Shown: positions 12,640 through 26,495, counted from the first letter of the stretch. The stretch is 64,000 bases of DNA from Callorhinchus milii (GCF_018977255.1 NW_024704742.1:91700001-91764000), one strand, 5' to 3'. Made by a program: numbers and translations. Notes: generated by a model from the letters alone, not told the origin.

Positions 12640-13130
12640 TAGGAAATACTTTGTAATATTGTATGATTTGACTTCATGGACTTCATTGGCATGGATGGGA
12701 CGTCAGATTGAACAAGCTCAAAGCAGAGAGTGGAGGAGAGGTGGGAGTGAAGTTGAGTGGTGACTTCACATGTATTTGAATAGGAAGGACAGTTTGGAGA
12801 TGATTCATATCTGCAGTTTGGAATGACTGAGGTTGTTTTTTGGTGAGGGGATAATTGTATTTTTGAAAGGAAGGGGGAGAGTGCAAGAAGAGATAGCAGG
12901 GGGAAGAGGAGGGATGAGTGGGTGATCAACAGCTGGGGGTGCAAGGGGTAAGTGGTGGATTTCAATGTGGGACTTGAGGGTGGAGAATGACAAGGAAAGC
13001 ATGGAGTCAAAAGTGTGGAGGGTAAAGCAGGAGAGGAGGGGCTTGGAGTGGAGGGAATGGAGGGAGGAAAAGGAAGCTGCTGCCAGGTGGATTTTGTTGA
13101 TTTTGTTCATGAGGAGGTCAAAACCATCTC
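12640..13130 (-). mobile_element. Old L2 ORF2 remnant
   Basis: Purine-rich strand; degenerate L2-like translation upstream of the RT core, similar to 50695-51400. Confidence 0.55.
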
Positions 13131-13207
13131 ACATTAAGAATCATAGGGAATGGTATGGCCAAGATCTGACAATGATTATAATAATAATAATCATAATGAT
13201 AATATTA

Positions 13208-13602
13208 AACTAGAGAAGCTGGGATTGTTCTCCTTGGAGCACAGAAGGTTAAGGTGAGATTTAATAGAGGTGTTCAAAATTATGGGTTGATAACCGGGGA
13301 CATAGATTCAATAGATTCAAGATAATTGGCAAAAGAAACAGACAGGAGTTGAGGAGAATTTTTTTTACACAGAGAGTTGTTATGGTCTGGAATCCACTGC
13401 CTGAAAGGGTGGTGGATGCGGATTCAACAACAACTTTCAAAAGGAAATTGAATAGGTACTTGAAAAAGAAAAACTTGCAAGGATAGGGGGAAAGAGCAGG
13501 GGAATGGGACTGATTGGGTAGCTTTTCCAAAGAGCTGGCACAGGCACAATGGGCTGAATGGCCTCCTTCTGTACTGTAATATTCTATGATTCTTTGATTC
13601 TA
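13208..13602 (+). mobile_element. CR1 LINE 3' fragment
   Basis: LEKLGLFSLE-type coding end; 3' UTR GGGCTGAATGGCCTCCTTCTG; TTCTATGATTCT tail. Confidence 0.88.
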
Positions 13603-16227
13603 TAATAATTCTTGCATTTGATATAGTGCCTAATCACATTGTTGAGATGGCTCAAAGCGCTTTACAGAATATATTGTAAAGTGAATTGACTGCATATTTT
13701 GTGGGTGAAATGATAGAGAACACTACCAATCAAATTCAACCTCTCTATTCTAGCAGAGGGTAAAAACAACCTGTTGCAAGAGCTGTGCTGATACTCTTTC
13801 TGAGTCAGTAACAAAGAGTGACTCCTACTTGAGTGGAGGGGAGGCATGAAGTGAAGTGGTTAGTCTGTGCTGGGTGAACGCAGGCATTCCTGGGATGATT
13901 TGCAAGTCATCTACTCTGTTACGAGAGCTCTGATTTCCACACACAGCAGCATCACTCTTAGACGAGGAATAATTTATATTTGTATATTTGATCGTTTCAC
14001 CTGCAAATGATTCGAGTACAAGTCAATTCATTTTAAAGTGTGTGAAGCACTTTGTGACGTCTTGAGGATGTGGAAACACTATATCAAATGCAAGGATTAT
14101 TATTATTGTTATTTTGCTGCTGAATAGTTTGTAATATTGTGTGATCTGACTTCACAGACATTTGCATGGGTGGGACAGGGGAGTGGTGGAAGAGGGGGAG
14201 AACAGTCCACTTGCAGCACATTTGGGTTTGTTCTTATTTGATATGTGGAATCCTCAGTCTGGTTTGGATACGCTTGAACATGGTGATGGTTTTCCACATG
14301 TGTAGGACATCACAGTGACCAAATATTTGTTGTATTTGATGCTTTAGGTATTTCTGCGTGTCAGAACCCAGAAAGATCCAAGACTCCAACAAACCATGAA
14401 TACATTGTCGTGTCAATAATAATAATAATAAATAATGTTTTAAGTGTTTCAATGTTTACATAGCAACTTCTATGCGTAGATTGCACTGTATGACCTTCGA
14501 TTGTTTTTGTAAAGTCTTCCAGTTTTGGGCCATGTTGTTGCATGCTACAGAGAGTACCGAATGACAACAGTGCAATCATAAGTGAGCTGTTTAATCAGTG
14601 ACGATGATGGAAAATGCTTTTAGCCTGAATTGGATTTCAAAACATTTTAATAAAAAATGTAGTCTTGAGCCTCAGAATAAATTAAAATCAGCCCCATGTC
14701 AGGACTCTGAACTCACAGTCTTGGCTAGCACTGCAATACGGTACTGGAGGTGAACTGCATTGTCAGAGATGCCATCCTTCAGATCATATGTTAAACTGAG
14801 GCTGATCATATGTTAAAACTTTCTATGTGGTTGCAGTGTTTTGCCTGAAAAATACAGTCACTGTACTTTACAGTATATGTTTTGAAGCACTTTGAGACAA
14901 CCATGAAAGGTGCTATATCAATTGCAAGGATTATTATTAGAGAATTAGTGAACCATCACCTATTTATTTAGCAATTCCAGACTTCATTTCTCCAAAACTC
15001 TGCTCTCTAGCTTTCCTAGCGCAACCATCCACAAGATCCTGATCATCCAAAACCTAGCAGCTTGCATTGGAGCACCCGTAGAGGGTGAGCTCACACTGAA
15101 TACCGCTAAGCGAATGGATAATTCATGTTGGTGTTATGTTCATTTTAGGAACACATAAAGAATATTGCAACATTGCCTATCTTTTCCAATGAAACAGATG
15201 CAAATTTTCAGTGCTATTCTCATGACTATATCCCCTCATCAGTTTCGCCCACAAAGTATACAGTCAATTTACTTTACAGCATATTATGTAAAGCGCTTTG
15301 AGAAGTCTCAATAACTTGATAAAATACCACATCAAATGCAAGAATTATTATTATCCCTGTGCATCATCCTTGTGAATTTACACTGCACTTTTTCCATTGT
15401 TCTCATATTCTTTTTATGAACCGACCAGAACTGAATGCATTACTATAAATGTAGCTTACCCAGTGTCATGTAAAACTGATTTCTTTGCCTTTGAAGTTAA
15501 TTGTTTTCGTATATAAACTCAGATTTCCCATTCACCTTTTATTGACCTTTTCTCTACCGGCACCCCAGCTTCAAAGATTTGTGTGTCTTCACCTGTAGAT
15601 CTCTCTATTCCTCAAGATAATAATGATCCTTACAACAACAACAGCAACTTGCATCTATATAGCGCCCTTCATGCCAGACGGCATCTCGTCTTCCATCTAG
15701 TGTACCTCCTGGTGCACATCAGGAGGACATCTCAAAGTGCTTTGCAGGCTATATTTTAAAGTGTAGTGACTGTAGGTCAACATCAATAAGAACTACAACA
15801 ACTAGGGTACCCTTCCTTATTTTACATTTAATATTTTATATTTAACAGTCACCTCCACTGTGTGGTCATGAAATGTAGAATATATTCAAAATGAAACCAT
15901 GTGCAGACTAAATATAGGACAGATGTGAAGTTTGTGTGGAAATCTATATTTATGTATTACAAGTTTCACATTACATACTTTTCTGTTGCCTGGGAACAGG
16001 GAGCACAGTTTCTTTTATGTTTTATTTTTTTCCTCTTTCATGTTTACACAGTAATTACAGTCCCAATTTCATAATGTTAACATTCAGCAGCTGTCAGCAG
16101 CCAACATCAATAAGCAAACATTTCAACAATTTATACCACCAAAAGTTGGTATAATACATTTTTATGAGATAACAAAAATCAATATTTGGTGTGTCAGAAA
16201 GCCATACACATACACGCTCTCTTACTC

Positions 16228-16527
16228 AATAATAATAATCCTTGCATTTGATATAGTGCTTTTCACGTCTTCTAGACGTCTCAAAGCGCTTCACAGAATA
16301 TACTGTAAGGTGAGTTGACTGTATATTTGTGGGTGAAACACAGCAGCCAATTGGTCCCAGCAATGTCCCACAAACAGTCGTGGATTGAAGTGACCAAATT
16401 ATTATTTTTTTTCTTGAGGGATTATTAAGGAGTAAGGAAACTTGCCCAAGGTCTCACCCTGCCAGGAATTGAACCCAGGTCTCTCACTTGCAAAGCAAAC
16501 GTTCTAACCACTGAGCTACAGGACTCC
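16228..16527 (-). mobile_element. tRNA-Ala SINE, short form
   Basis: Full head to tail, TAGAA loop. Confidence 0.9.
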
Positions 16528-16761
16528 ACAACAAAAACAACAACACAATGACATTTATATAATGGCTTTCATGTCAGAAGGATGTCCCAAGACGCTGCTA
16601 CTCACTCACTGTCACACACATAAACACCCGACATTTTGCTCACTCACTCACATGCACACACTCTTTCTGTCTCAAATAAACATAATCTGTCCTTGCTCTC
16701 TTGAACTCCATCCTACAGTCCGTCCAACTTGCTCCCTCGCTTCTTTCAAGGCATGTCTCGA

Positions 16762-17490
16762 AACAACATCAACTTTCATTTGTATAGCGCCCTTCACACG
16801 GGCAGCATTTCAGAACGCTCAATAGTGGCTTAGGTTGATGCCAAGCGCGGGGGGGAGGGAGGTGACAGAAGGTATGGTTGAAAAGGAAAATCTTCAGATG
16901 TAAGTTAAAGACAGACAGGCAAGATGGAGAGATTGAGGTAAGGAGTTTCAGAGATTTGGGGCATACTGACTGAAAGAACAGCCTCCAATTGTGTAGAGCA
17001 GGAGAAGAAGGAGGTGTAACAGACCCGTGCCAGCTAAGAAGAAGGTGGTGGGTGGAGAAGTGGGATGTGAGCAGATCAGAGAGTTAGGGGGGGTTGCCAG
17101 GGGAAGAGATTTAAAAATGAGGATCTTGAAATCAATTCATTCTGCAACAGTGGAGCATGGCAAGACTCGGGGTGATTGGAGTGAGGAGCCTGGAACAGCT
17201 GAGGCGACAGAAGCGACAGAGTTTTGAATTATTTGAACCTTGTTAATGGAGCTGGGAGACTGTTGTGGAGTGCATTGGAAAAATCAATGCAGGAGGTCAC
17301 GAAAGCTTGAATGAGAATTTCAGCAGTCTTTCAAGTAAGATAAGGGTGAAGCTGGGTATAAAAGATAAGGGTGAAACTGGGTAAAAAAGATAAGGTAAAG
17401 GCAGGTGATGTGGCGAAGGTGGAGGAAGGGAATCCTGGTCAAGGAGTGAGTGTGGGGTACGAAGGGTAATTGGGAATCGAACCTGAGCCA
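16762..17490 (-). mobile_element. Old L2 3' remnant containing a 25 bp tandem duplication (17339-17397)
   Basis: Colinear with the young L2 3' region; AGATAAGGGTGAA(G/A)CTGGGTA(T/A)AAA about 2.3 copies. Confidence 0.7.
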
Positions 17491-17949
17491 ATGTTGTGAA
17501 CAGATTCACTCACAATACTCCTCCACCCTCACCCCAGGTGTGTTGATGTCCTGTGATTTAATGTGTTTTTCTCCCTGGTGTAATCCACCCCCATTGTTAT
17601 TATCCAGTCTATGGAAGAAACTTGTGCTGAGAGGAGCCTATAACCTGTGATTTCTGTGAATAGGATCTTTTCCTGCTTCATAGAATGGGGAACAGCATCT
17701 ATTGCTGGGCACGATAGAATTCAGGAGGAGGAACAGATTGTGGCAAGGCAGGCAGTGCAGGAGAGTGGGTGCACTTGGCAATACCACCCAGGCATTTAAA
17801 GAAGGGTCAGCTTCATAACTAACAGTCTGTACCTCAACAGGGAGAATGGAGAATGTACAGAAACAGTAGCAGCTCATACAAGCAGACCTGCAATGGAGAT
17901 CCTCAGTGGAGTGGGGGGGAGCAGGAAGAAATAATGTTATTAATAACAA

Positions 17950-18335
17950 GAGTAATTCTTGCATTTGATACAATGCCATTTAGATCAGGAGGACAGCTCA
18001 AAGCGCTTCACAGGATTATCTGTAAAGTGCAGTAACTGTGTATTTGTAACCAAACTCGGTAGCCAATTTATACACAGGAATGTCTCACAAACTGCTATGA
18101 AGTAAGTGACCAATTTTATTTGGTGGATTGTTGGTCAGGACATCAGAAGAAACTCCCTTCTCTTTTTAAATAGTGCCATGGGATCTTTAACATCCACCTA
18201 AACAGAAAGTTAGGACTTTGGTTTTAATGTCTCATCCAAACGATGACAACTCCAACAATAGAGCACACCCCCAGTATTGTATTGGAGGTTGTGGCAGTTG
18301 AATGTCTCAACATAAAGCTTGAACCCACAACCTGC
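17950..18335 (-). mobile_element. Deu-type SINE, near full length
   Basis: GTGCCATGGGATCTTTAACATCCACC core on the plus text; tail and head remnants. Confidence 0.8.
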
Positions 18336-18779
18336 TAAGCGATACACAAGAATGATGCCAGCTGAGGAGTGCTACATTCAAATTTATTAAAACACAATAG
18401 ACAATTGAATGAATGAAGCCGGCCCATGCTGGTATCAACAATATCGATGGGGATACAATTGGAGTTCTGAAACAGTAGTTTCACTTTTTGAAAAAGTCTA
18501 CCAGTGCTTTGCCCAGGAGGCCATAGAGGTAGAATCAATGCAGGCAGACGATTAAATGGGAAATAGATATTAATAATCTTTGCACTTGATATAGAGCCTT
18601 ATCATGACCTTGAGATGTCGTATTAATGTATTACTTCCCTACAAAATACAGGGTCCAAACGCTTATAACAATGCAATGTGTAATTACCTGTTATGAAATG
18701 TTGCACTTTCCACCCCTATATATGTATTTTGCAAACTGGAGATTTCAGTCGGCACTCAAAATATTCTATACATATTGCA

Positions 18780-18820
18780 TGTGTGTGTGTGTGTATGTGT
18801 GTGTCTGTGTCTGTGTGTGT
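18780..18820. repeat. Imperfect (TG)n microsatellite
   Basis: Direct reading. Confidence 0.9.
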
Positions 18821-19359
18821 ACTCCTGTCAATATGAGTAAACTTGTGTGCTTTTTAATTTTGAAACAAGATTTCTATCTATCATTAAATGCTGCTGCAGT
18901 ATATATATCTAAATTCCTTTCAAAGATTATATTACTGAATTGAGTAATTGACTCTGAAGTCCTTCAGTAAACTATTGATCCTGATGGTGCCACACAAAAG
19001 AGTTTTGTTGATGACAATGACATATCCTGCTGGATATGTATTTGTCTAAATTGAATTAATCTCGACAAATTCACTCTTTGAAAGAAAGAGCATATTGAGA
19101 GACATTTGGCCATGTTATGTCTTTAGCGTTTACCAGGACAAGAAGGAATTTTTAATTTAACATCTCAAAACATCACAAGAAAGATTCAGATGTAGAGAGT
19201 CCTTCAACCTATTTGATCTTGACCTTCCAAACCCTATCATCATATCATCACAAATATAAAATAAATTCACTTTACATTATATTCTGTGAAGAGCTTTGAG
19301 ACTTCTAGAAGACGTGAAAAGTGCTATATCAAATGCAAGAATTATTTATTATTATTATC

Positions 19360-19596
19360 AAGCTTTTTTTTAATTGGTACTGGAAATCTGGAACACTCTT
19401 CCCCAAAAGGCTATGGATGCTGGATCCATTAAAATTTTCAAGACTGAGGTGGATAGATTTTTGTTAGGTCAGGGTATTAAGGGATATGGGGCAAAGGCGG
19501 ATAATTGGAGTTGAAGTATGGATTAGCCATGATCTAATAGAATTGTGAAACAGGCTCAAGGGGCTGAATGGCCTACTGTGTTCTATGTTCCTATGA
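19360..19596 (+). mobile_element. CR1 3' fragment
   Basis: TGGAACACTCTTCCCC...GGGCTGAATGGCCTAC...TTCTATGTTCCTATG tail. Confidence 0.8.
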
Positions 19597-20897
19597 CTTG
19601 GTTTCAACCAACTTTCCTAGTCTCATCTGAAGGGTGTGCCTGAACACTTCAGTGTGTGTATATCAAGATTAGATGTTACTGAAATTCCATATGTGGCTTT
19701 GACCCGCAAGCTCATGGCTAGAATAGTATTAACTGAGTCAACTGTTACCCTTTTATCACAGTTGCCAACATTTACACAGGACGCCCGGCCTGACCAAAAA
19801 AAAAGCCATACTTTCCACCCTCCACCCTCATCTCTGAAGTGCTTTGTGCTACACAACGTGCTTTATCTGAGGTGCTTTGGTCGGATTGGCTCCATACGAT
19901 TGTTTTCCTGGCTGTAAAGTTGGACTGTCACATTGTGTAGAATTGTGGAAAGTTTACAACTCAGCCTTAATTTAAACAAAATTATCTTACAGGCCTTAGC
20001 CAGTCATCAATGGTTTCAATGTACAGATATTTTAGTATATTTTGGACAGTTGCCTTGGTTAGAAAAGTCTAATGCAGTGGATTATAACTATAGCTTTGTT
20101 GAGTTGTACAATGTATCATGATGTTTAATAAACAGCTTGTTAATGGGGTCCCTTTAGCAAATCACAAGTCATAAAACTGAATGTGATGTTATATAATGAA
20201 GCTGAATATGCTTACGTCATTACTGTTCATAAAAAGAACAGTGTTCTCTTCTCTGAACTGAAAAGCATCCTTAAGATTTTTACTTAGGTTTCCTGTTGTT
20301 TTCAAAAGGAACGCATAAGCTGCAAACCAAGAACTTTCCGAAATTAGTTATACCAAAGCTGAATAAGAAACTCAAAACTGTACTGTGGTGATTTGTTTTT
20401 TAAAGTAATCCATTCCAGAAGACCGCAGGTTACAGATGGGAAGATCTACATTTTTCTACACGTAAGTGTGCATTTTGATTTAGGTGACGGTTATCTTTAC
20501 ATTGAAACCAAGATAAAGTGAAAATCTGCTTTTCCTTTCAACAGGCAAATGCAGTGCAGCTGGATAGATTTCTTTTATATATAAAAATGTCCACATGTGC
20601 TATCCATTGCTGTTGGAAAAGCGTACCATCATGTGAAAAAATTTGCTACGGAAATTAAGCCTATAGCAGTTGACCACAATTTCTTGTAGTAACAAGTCAG
20701 TCTTGGTTAATGGAAGTGTTGTGATGAAGAGTCATGACTGATTTTCAGTTACCTTCTGATGCTTGACAATGGATTGGTTTAAGACAATGGAATATTTCAT
20801 ACCTAATTGATCTTCTGCAGGCCATGGCATTATAGCAGGAAGCTGAAGGCAACCAAATGCATATTTTTCATGTTTAAGGGAATTAACTAAATCCAAC

Positions 20898-20956
20898 AGA
20901 AGCTGATTTAGAACTGGTGCGGACTAAAGCAATCTGACAGTTTAATTAAAATAAAG
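20898..20956 (+). pseudogene. Degenerate 28S rRNA fragment
   Basis: GCTGATTTAGAACTGGTGCGGACTAAAGCAATCTGACAGTTTAATTAAAATAAAG resembles the conserved 28S segment GCCGACTTAGAACTGGTGCGGACCAGGGGAATCCGACTGTTTAATTAAAACAAAG (recalled from memory). Confidence 0.75.
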
Positions 20957-21294
20957 AAAAGGTACTGTTTTCTGGCACACAAATCATATAATGGCCTAAA
21001 GTGCCAAAATACCCATATTTTTCACCTTATCGTTTCAGTGAATCATTGTAAATTTCACTGCAGAGAGATTTAATTGTAAAGTTAAACTAGTGCTAACTTT
21101 CAGTTGATGTACAGTAAAGACTCAGCAAAGAGAAGAATGTTAGTGCTCAGAACACATTCCCACACTTTCATCATTCGGTGTTGATCAAACTCAAACAATG
21201 CATGGATAACGACTACAGATGCACATTAAAGTTTTTTTAAGTCTGCTCTAACATTCGAGTTGGAATTCCACATGGGTCTAGATTTACTCTATTT

Positions 21295-21890
21295 ACTTAT
21301 CTCATTCATGCCTTCATTACAACCTGGTTTCACTAGGCCAACACCTTGCTTGTCGGCCTTCCCAATTCTTCCCTCCACAAGCTGCAGATCATCCAGAACT
21401 CGGCAGCTCATGTCCTCTCCCACACAAAGCTCCTTGACCCCATCACACCCACCCTTGCCCGGCTCCATTGGCTCCCCATCCCTCAGAGGAAAGAGTTCAA
21501 AATTTTCATCCTCACCTTCAAGGCGCTCCATGGCCTTGCTCCCTCCTACCGCTCCGACCTGCTAACCCTTTATCAACCTGTCCGCTCCCTCTGCTCAGCA
21601 GGTTCCTGCCTACTCCATGTCCCGCACCATCAGCGGTCAGGCCTTCAGCCTCTCTGCCTCCACCCTCTGGAACTCCATCCCACATTCCCTTCACCTCGCT
21701 CCCTCCCTTGCCTCCTTCAAGGCACACCTCAGGACCTTCCTCTCCAACCGTGCCTTCGGCCACCCTCCTATCCCCACCTTCCCCGCCCTCCACCATTCCT
21801 GATTCCAACACCCCCAACCTCCCCCTGCTTGGGTCCTAATCCCTGATTGTTCATTGGCTTTACAAATGTAATTTTGTATTTTGTATTTTG
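21295..21890 (+). mobile_element. L2 3' fragment
   Basis: LVGLPNSSLHKLQIIQNSAA...LHWLPIPQR translation. Confidence 0.9.
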
Positions 21891-21913
21891 TTATCTATTT
21901 AATTCAGAGCATC

Positions 21914-22039
21914 CAGAATTTCAAAAATTCTTAAATACAGCCTTAATTTTGAAGCTGGGTTTTCTGTAAGTTCTTTTAAGAACTAGAGAAGAAAACAATT
22001 GCAAAGTTAAGACTGAATTCAGCAATTTGTTAAATTCTG
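21914..22039. repeat. Palindromic dispersed repeat
   Basis: CAGAATTTCAAAAATTC...GTTTTCT pairs with AGAAAAC...AATTTGTTAAATTCTG. Confidence 0.65.
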
Positions 22040-22714
22040 CTTCAGTCAATAAATTTACCTTTTTAGTGTGAAATCGACAACAATTTTGCACTATTCAATC
22101 CCTAATTTACCTAGAGCTGGTTAAACCAACAAGTCTTATTTCACTTAGCACTTTCACCCAACAGAGGATGTGAATTTCATTCTATCAGCTTGGCCTCGAT
22201 TTGAACACATTGGTCAATGTACATTTGCCTACCACTTAGTTCCTGCAAACCAAGCTTCTTTTGTTTCTGTTATACATTTCCTTGTCCACAAACTACAGCC
22301 AACCAAATATGTATAAGGCTATTGGCTGTTTGTGGGGCATTGCTCTGTGTATAGTTAGTGGTTGTTGCGTTCGCCCTCAAAATACTTAATCACTACATTT
22401 TACAATACATCTTATGAATTGCTTTGAGGCAGCCTTCTGATCTAAAAAGCACTATAGCAAATGCAAGAAATTATTATTTATTATTTTTATATTATTCAGT
22501 AATGATCAAATTCATCTTTTCCTTCTGCAAAAGATGAGAAGTTTAGCAGAAGGAAAAGATGTACAGAGCTTTCCCATTTTTATTCATCTGTAACTTCATC
22601 TCATTGACAGTAATAATAATTCTTGCATTTGATGTAGCGCCTTTCATGTTGGGAGAGCATTTCAAAGTCTTCACAGGGTATACTATAAAGTGTACCATAT
22701 ATACTGTATATTAT

Positions 22715-23446
22715 GGGAATTTGGCAGATCATGGCAGATGAAACTTAATGTAGAAAAATGCAAAATGCATCACATCGGGACAAAAAATCTAGGACTATTA
22801 TTTAAATGGTAAGAAAATATGGAAAATGAAAATATTGAGCTGAAATACTAGGGTAATCCTGACATTTAATAAATCACTAGTGCAACTGCACTTCGAATAC
22901 TGTGTTTAGTTCTGGTCACGGCAGTGTAAAGAGGATTATGCAGCAATTGAGGGGATGCAGAGAAGGATAGTCAAAATGGTTGAGGGGATGGAGGGATTGG
23001 ACTATGACGAGCAATTAGATAAACTGGGCATGTTCACACTGGCGAAGATAAGGTTGAGTGGCGATATGATTACGATCTTTAAGATTCTGAAGGGAATAGA
23101 TAATGTAGACAATGATAAGCTATTTTATCTTGTACTGAACAGTAGAACCAGAGGACACACATGGCCTGCAATTGAAGGAGGTAAATTCAGAACCAATCTG
23201 CGGAAACACTACTTAAGTGAGTGACTAGTAAACTTATGGAACAGGCTCCCTAGGGAGATGGTGGAAGCAGAAATTGTTCTTTGTTTCAAGAACAAATTTG
23301 ATAGATTTCTGCTAGAAAATAATATCTTGGGATACAGTATATAGTTTCGGACACAACATGTCAAGCGACTGCCAGAATGGTGGAAGGCAATTAGATGGAC
23401 CTTGATCTTCTTTCGCCTAATAAAGTCTTATGTTCTTATGTTCTTA
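22715..23446 (+). mobile_element. CR1 LINE 3' fragment (second family)
   Basis: FEYCV*FWS, MQRRIVKMVEGM, KLGMFTL, RTRGH motifs; (TTCTTATG)n tail. Confidence 0.88.
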
Positions 23447-23500
23447 AATAGAGTGACTGTTTACCTTGTCAGCAAACTAGGCAGCCATTTTGCACACAAC

Positions 23501-23824
23501 AATAATAATAATAATAATAATCCTTGCATTTGATATAGCGCTTTTCACGTCGGGAGGACGTCCCAAAGTGCTTCACAGAACACACTGTAAAGTGAATTGA
23601 CTGTATATTTGTGGGCGAACGCGGCAGCCAATTGTGCACAGCAATGTCCCACAAACGGTCATGGATTGAAAATGACCAATTTATTATTGTTTTTGGTTTT
23701 GGAGGGATTATTATTAGGCGGGTGGAGCAAGGAAACTTGCCCAAGGTTTCGCCCTCTGCCTGGAATTGAACTCAGGTCTCTCACTTGCAAAGCGAGTGCT
23801 CGAACCACTGAGCTACAGGACTCC
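23501..23824 (-). mobile_element. tRNA-Ala SINE, CTCCC-loop subfamily
   Basis: Full length with CpGs retained. Confidence 0.93.
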
Positions 23825-24463
23825 ACAAAGCAGCATGTCTCATAAGCAGCCATTAAGTGTATATGCAATTTTATTGGGGGATTGCTGTCTCGGAGATGGT
23901 GAGAAACTAACGGATTGAAGATGGAAAGAAAACAAATTTAATTGCCCCTCACCCAGAGTCACAATGTATTGTCAATCTAATCTCATTGGCAATTCCATAG
24001 TGGATGTGATGAAGCTGGGAAGCTGCTTTCAAATTTAATTACTGAATTCTTGCAATTATTGTGTCACCAAGTTAACCAGAGTCAACTGAAGGCCCTTCCA
24101 CTAAAGTAGAGCTTGCTTAACAATCCAATTTTTAAAAAAAATCAAATACAGTCAAAGGGCATAATGCACAGAAAAAAGAAAGAACTTGCATTTCTGATTG
24201 TGTCTTATCATGTTAAAATATCTCAAAAGGTAATTTTAGTGACTGCTTTCATAAGCAAATATTTACATAGCAAAGTTCCACTAATTAATCTAGTGGATTG
24301 TTGGCCAGGAGGCTAGAAGAAACTTCCTTATGTTTCTGAATAGTATCATGGATCTTTAAAGCACCAAGCAAATGAGATCTCAGTTTAACATCTCATCTGA
24401 AATGCAGTACCTTTGGTAATGCCACAATCCCCAGGACTATCAACCTGTACTAGGAGCTTGAGT

Positions 24464-24670
24464 CCTAATAATAATAATAATAATCCCTCCAAAAACCAAA
24501 ACCAATAATAAATTGGTCAATTTCAATCTACCACCGTTTGTGGGACATTGCTGTGCGCAATTGGCTGCCGCGTTCGCCCACAAATATACAGTCAATTCAT
24601 TTTACAGTGTGTTCTGTGAAGCGCTTTGGGACGTCCTTCCGACGTGAAAAGCGCTATATCAAATGCAAGG

Positions 24671-24723
<53 letters not shown>
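24464..24723 (+). mobile_element. 5'-truncated tRNA-Ala SINE with a long (TTA)n tail
   Basis: Body and CTTCC loop; uninterrupted TTA run at about 24672-24723. Confidence 0.9.
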
Positions 24724-25682
24724 GTGGCTTGAAATAATATGTGCCTTATGACATACAGACTACCAACCAACCAAAACAATTTAGGCATTTTCATAATCCT
24801 CTCAAATGGACTGATGCCAATCTGTTGCAGGTGCTGGTTCACGCAATGGTAAAATATGCAACAACAAAGTAAACATAATAGAGTTCTTGCAATGCCTAAT
24901 TAGGTTTTAAATCTTTCTAATGTCACTGGGGTAAATTTGTCAGTAGTAGCTCAATATAAGTGTAATTATTTTGCTAATGTTGTGGAAGACTGCATGAATG
25001 ATAAAGAGAGAAAGCCAATGTGCCCTATCTCCCTGCACCAACCTTTGAGTTTTGAATAAAAGAGCAATGTAAAGTGCTGTTTTCCTCAGGCAAGTGTAAT
25101 AAAATACAATAGTTGGTATAAGAAAGCTAAACATTTCCCCTGGAGAACATTTCCATTCAGGTCCTTTTTAATGCTACTATGTGCATTTGCGTCCTACAAT
25201 TGTAAGACTATTTAAACCTTTATGTAGATTAAGACAAGTCCTGACACAGATCAAACAAAATATTCTTTTTCTATTTAAACTGGAGGGTGGGGGAATGATG
25301 TGGGGAATGGGTTCTGCCACATTACCATGTTAATTAGTTAACTGATTTAAACCATCACAGACAGAGAAGGTCAATCTTTTTAAGGATGAGCAAGTTGCTA
25401 AAATCAAGATTGTATTCCTCTCTAATAGAATGTAGTGATGTATAGTGGGCACAAGGTGACAAACACAGCAGCTGTGGTGGTTGCTGTGCTGTGATGGCGG
25501 ACAACGGGGCTAGCAAAATACTGGGATAATCTGGTTGATGCCAGCTTCCGTAAAACAAATCTCCTGCAATGAGCAGATGTACAAAGACGAGAACCCTCCC
25601 ACATTGGTTTACCTGATACCCATGGGGTCTAATTTGAATGTTTTTTCAGGGGATTTCTTATTAAAAATATTGTGAAGAAATA

Positions 25683-25824
25683 CTGCAAATTAGGTATTCA
25701 ATTGGGTCTCTTTTTGTTAACTGGAAGTGCTTCATGCTTCATTCATCACATGCTATCACACAAGCTGCTCTTTATTCTTAACACGCTTCAAAAATGCATG
25801 GACCAAAAGGGCACAGGCAAATGT
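25683..25824. repeat. Left arm (source) of a 142 bp inverted duplication
   Basis: Reverse complement of 26353-26495 with about 5 differences. Confidence 0.93.
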
Positions 25825-26352
25825 GATGATTAAATACAATTGTTGACCAAAAGCTAAATTTACTAAATCTGTTTATTTCATAGTCTATTTACATTGTCTC
25901 ATTCCGTGTTCATGAACTCTGGAGTTCACCGTCTGTGCTAACATTGTAGTAGCAATAATAATAATAATAATCCTCGCATTTGGTATAGCACCATTCATTG
26001 TCAGGAGAATGCCCCAAAGTGCTTCGCAGGATATACTGTAAAGAGTTGTCACTGTGTATTTTGTAGGCGAACACAACATCTATTTGGCCACAACAATGTC
26101 CTACAAGCCATGAAGTGAATGATCAATTTTATTTTATTTGGCCAGCAGACCAGGAGAAACTTCCTTCTCTTTTCTAATAGTACCATGGGATCTTTTACAT
26201 CCACTGAACAAGCAGACAGGATCTCAGTTAAACATCCCATCCTTAAGATGGCATCACCGAGAATGCGGCACATCCCCACTGGAACGTCAGCTTAGATTAC
26301 CAAGTCCCAAAATGGAGCTTGAACCCACAACCTTCTTACTCAAAGGTGAGAG

Positions 26353-26495
26353 ACATTTGCCTGTGCCCCGTTTGGTCCATGCATTTTTGAAACATGTTAA
26401 GAATAAAGAGCAGCTTGTGTGATAGCATGTGATGAATGAAGCATGAAGCACTTCCAGTTAACAAAAAGAGACCCAATTGCATACCTAATTTGCAG
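26353..26495. repeat. Right arm: inverted templated copy at the 5' junction of an L2
   Basis: Abuts the L2 through CAG microhomology and lies inside the TGAGAG TSD. Confidence 0.92.

Noticed and set aside
14782..14818. Small tandem duplications (also about 29459-29486 and 37235-37269)
   Set aside because: Ordinary slippage duplications; no spacer-repeat array, so not CRISPR-like
23469..23744. Recurrent ORFs ending [12 protein letters not shown] that look like a gene family
   Set aside because: Translations of SINE copies and their TTA tails
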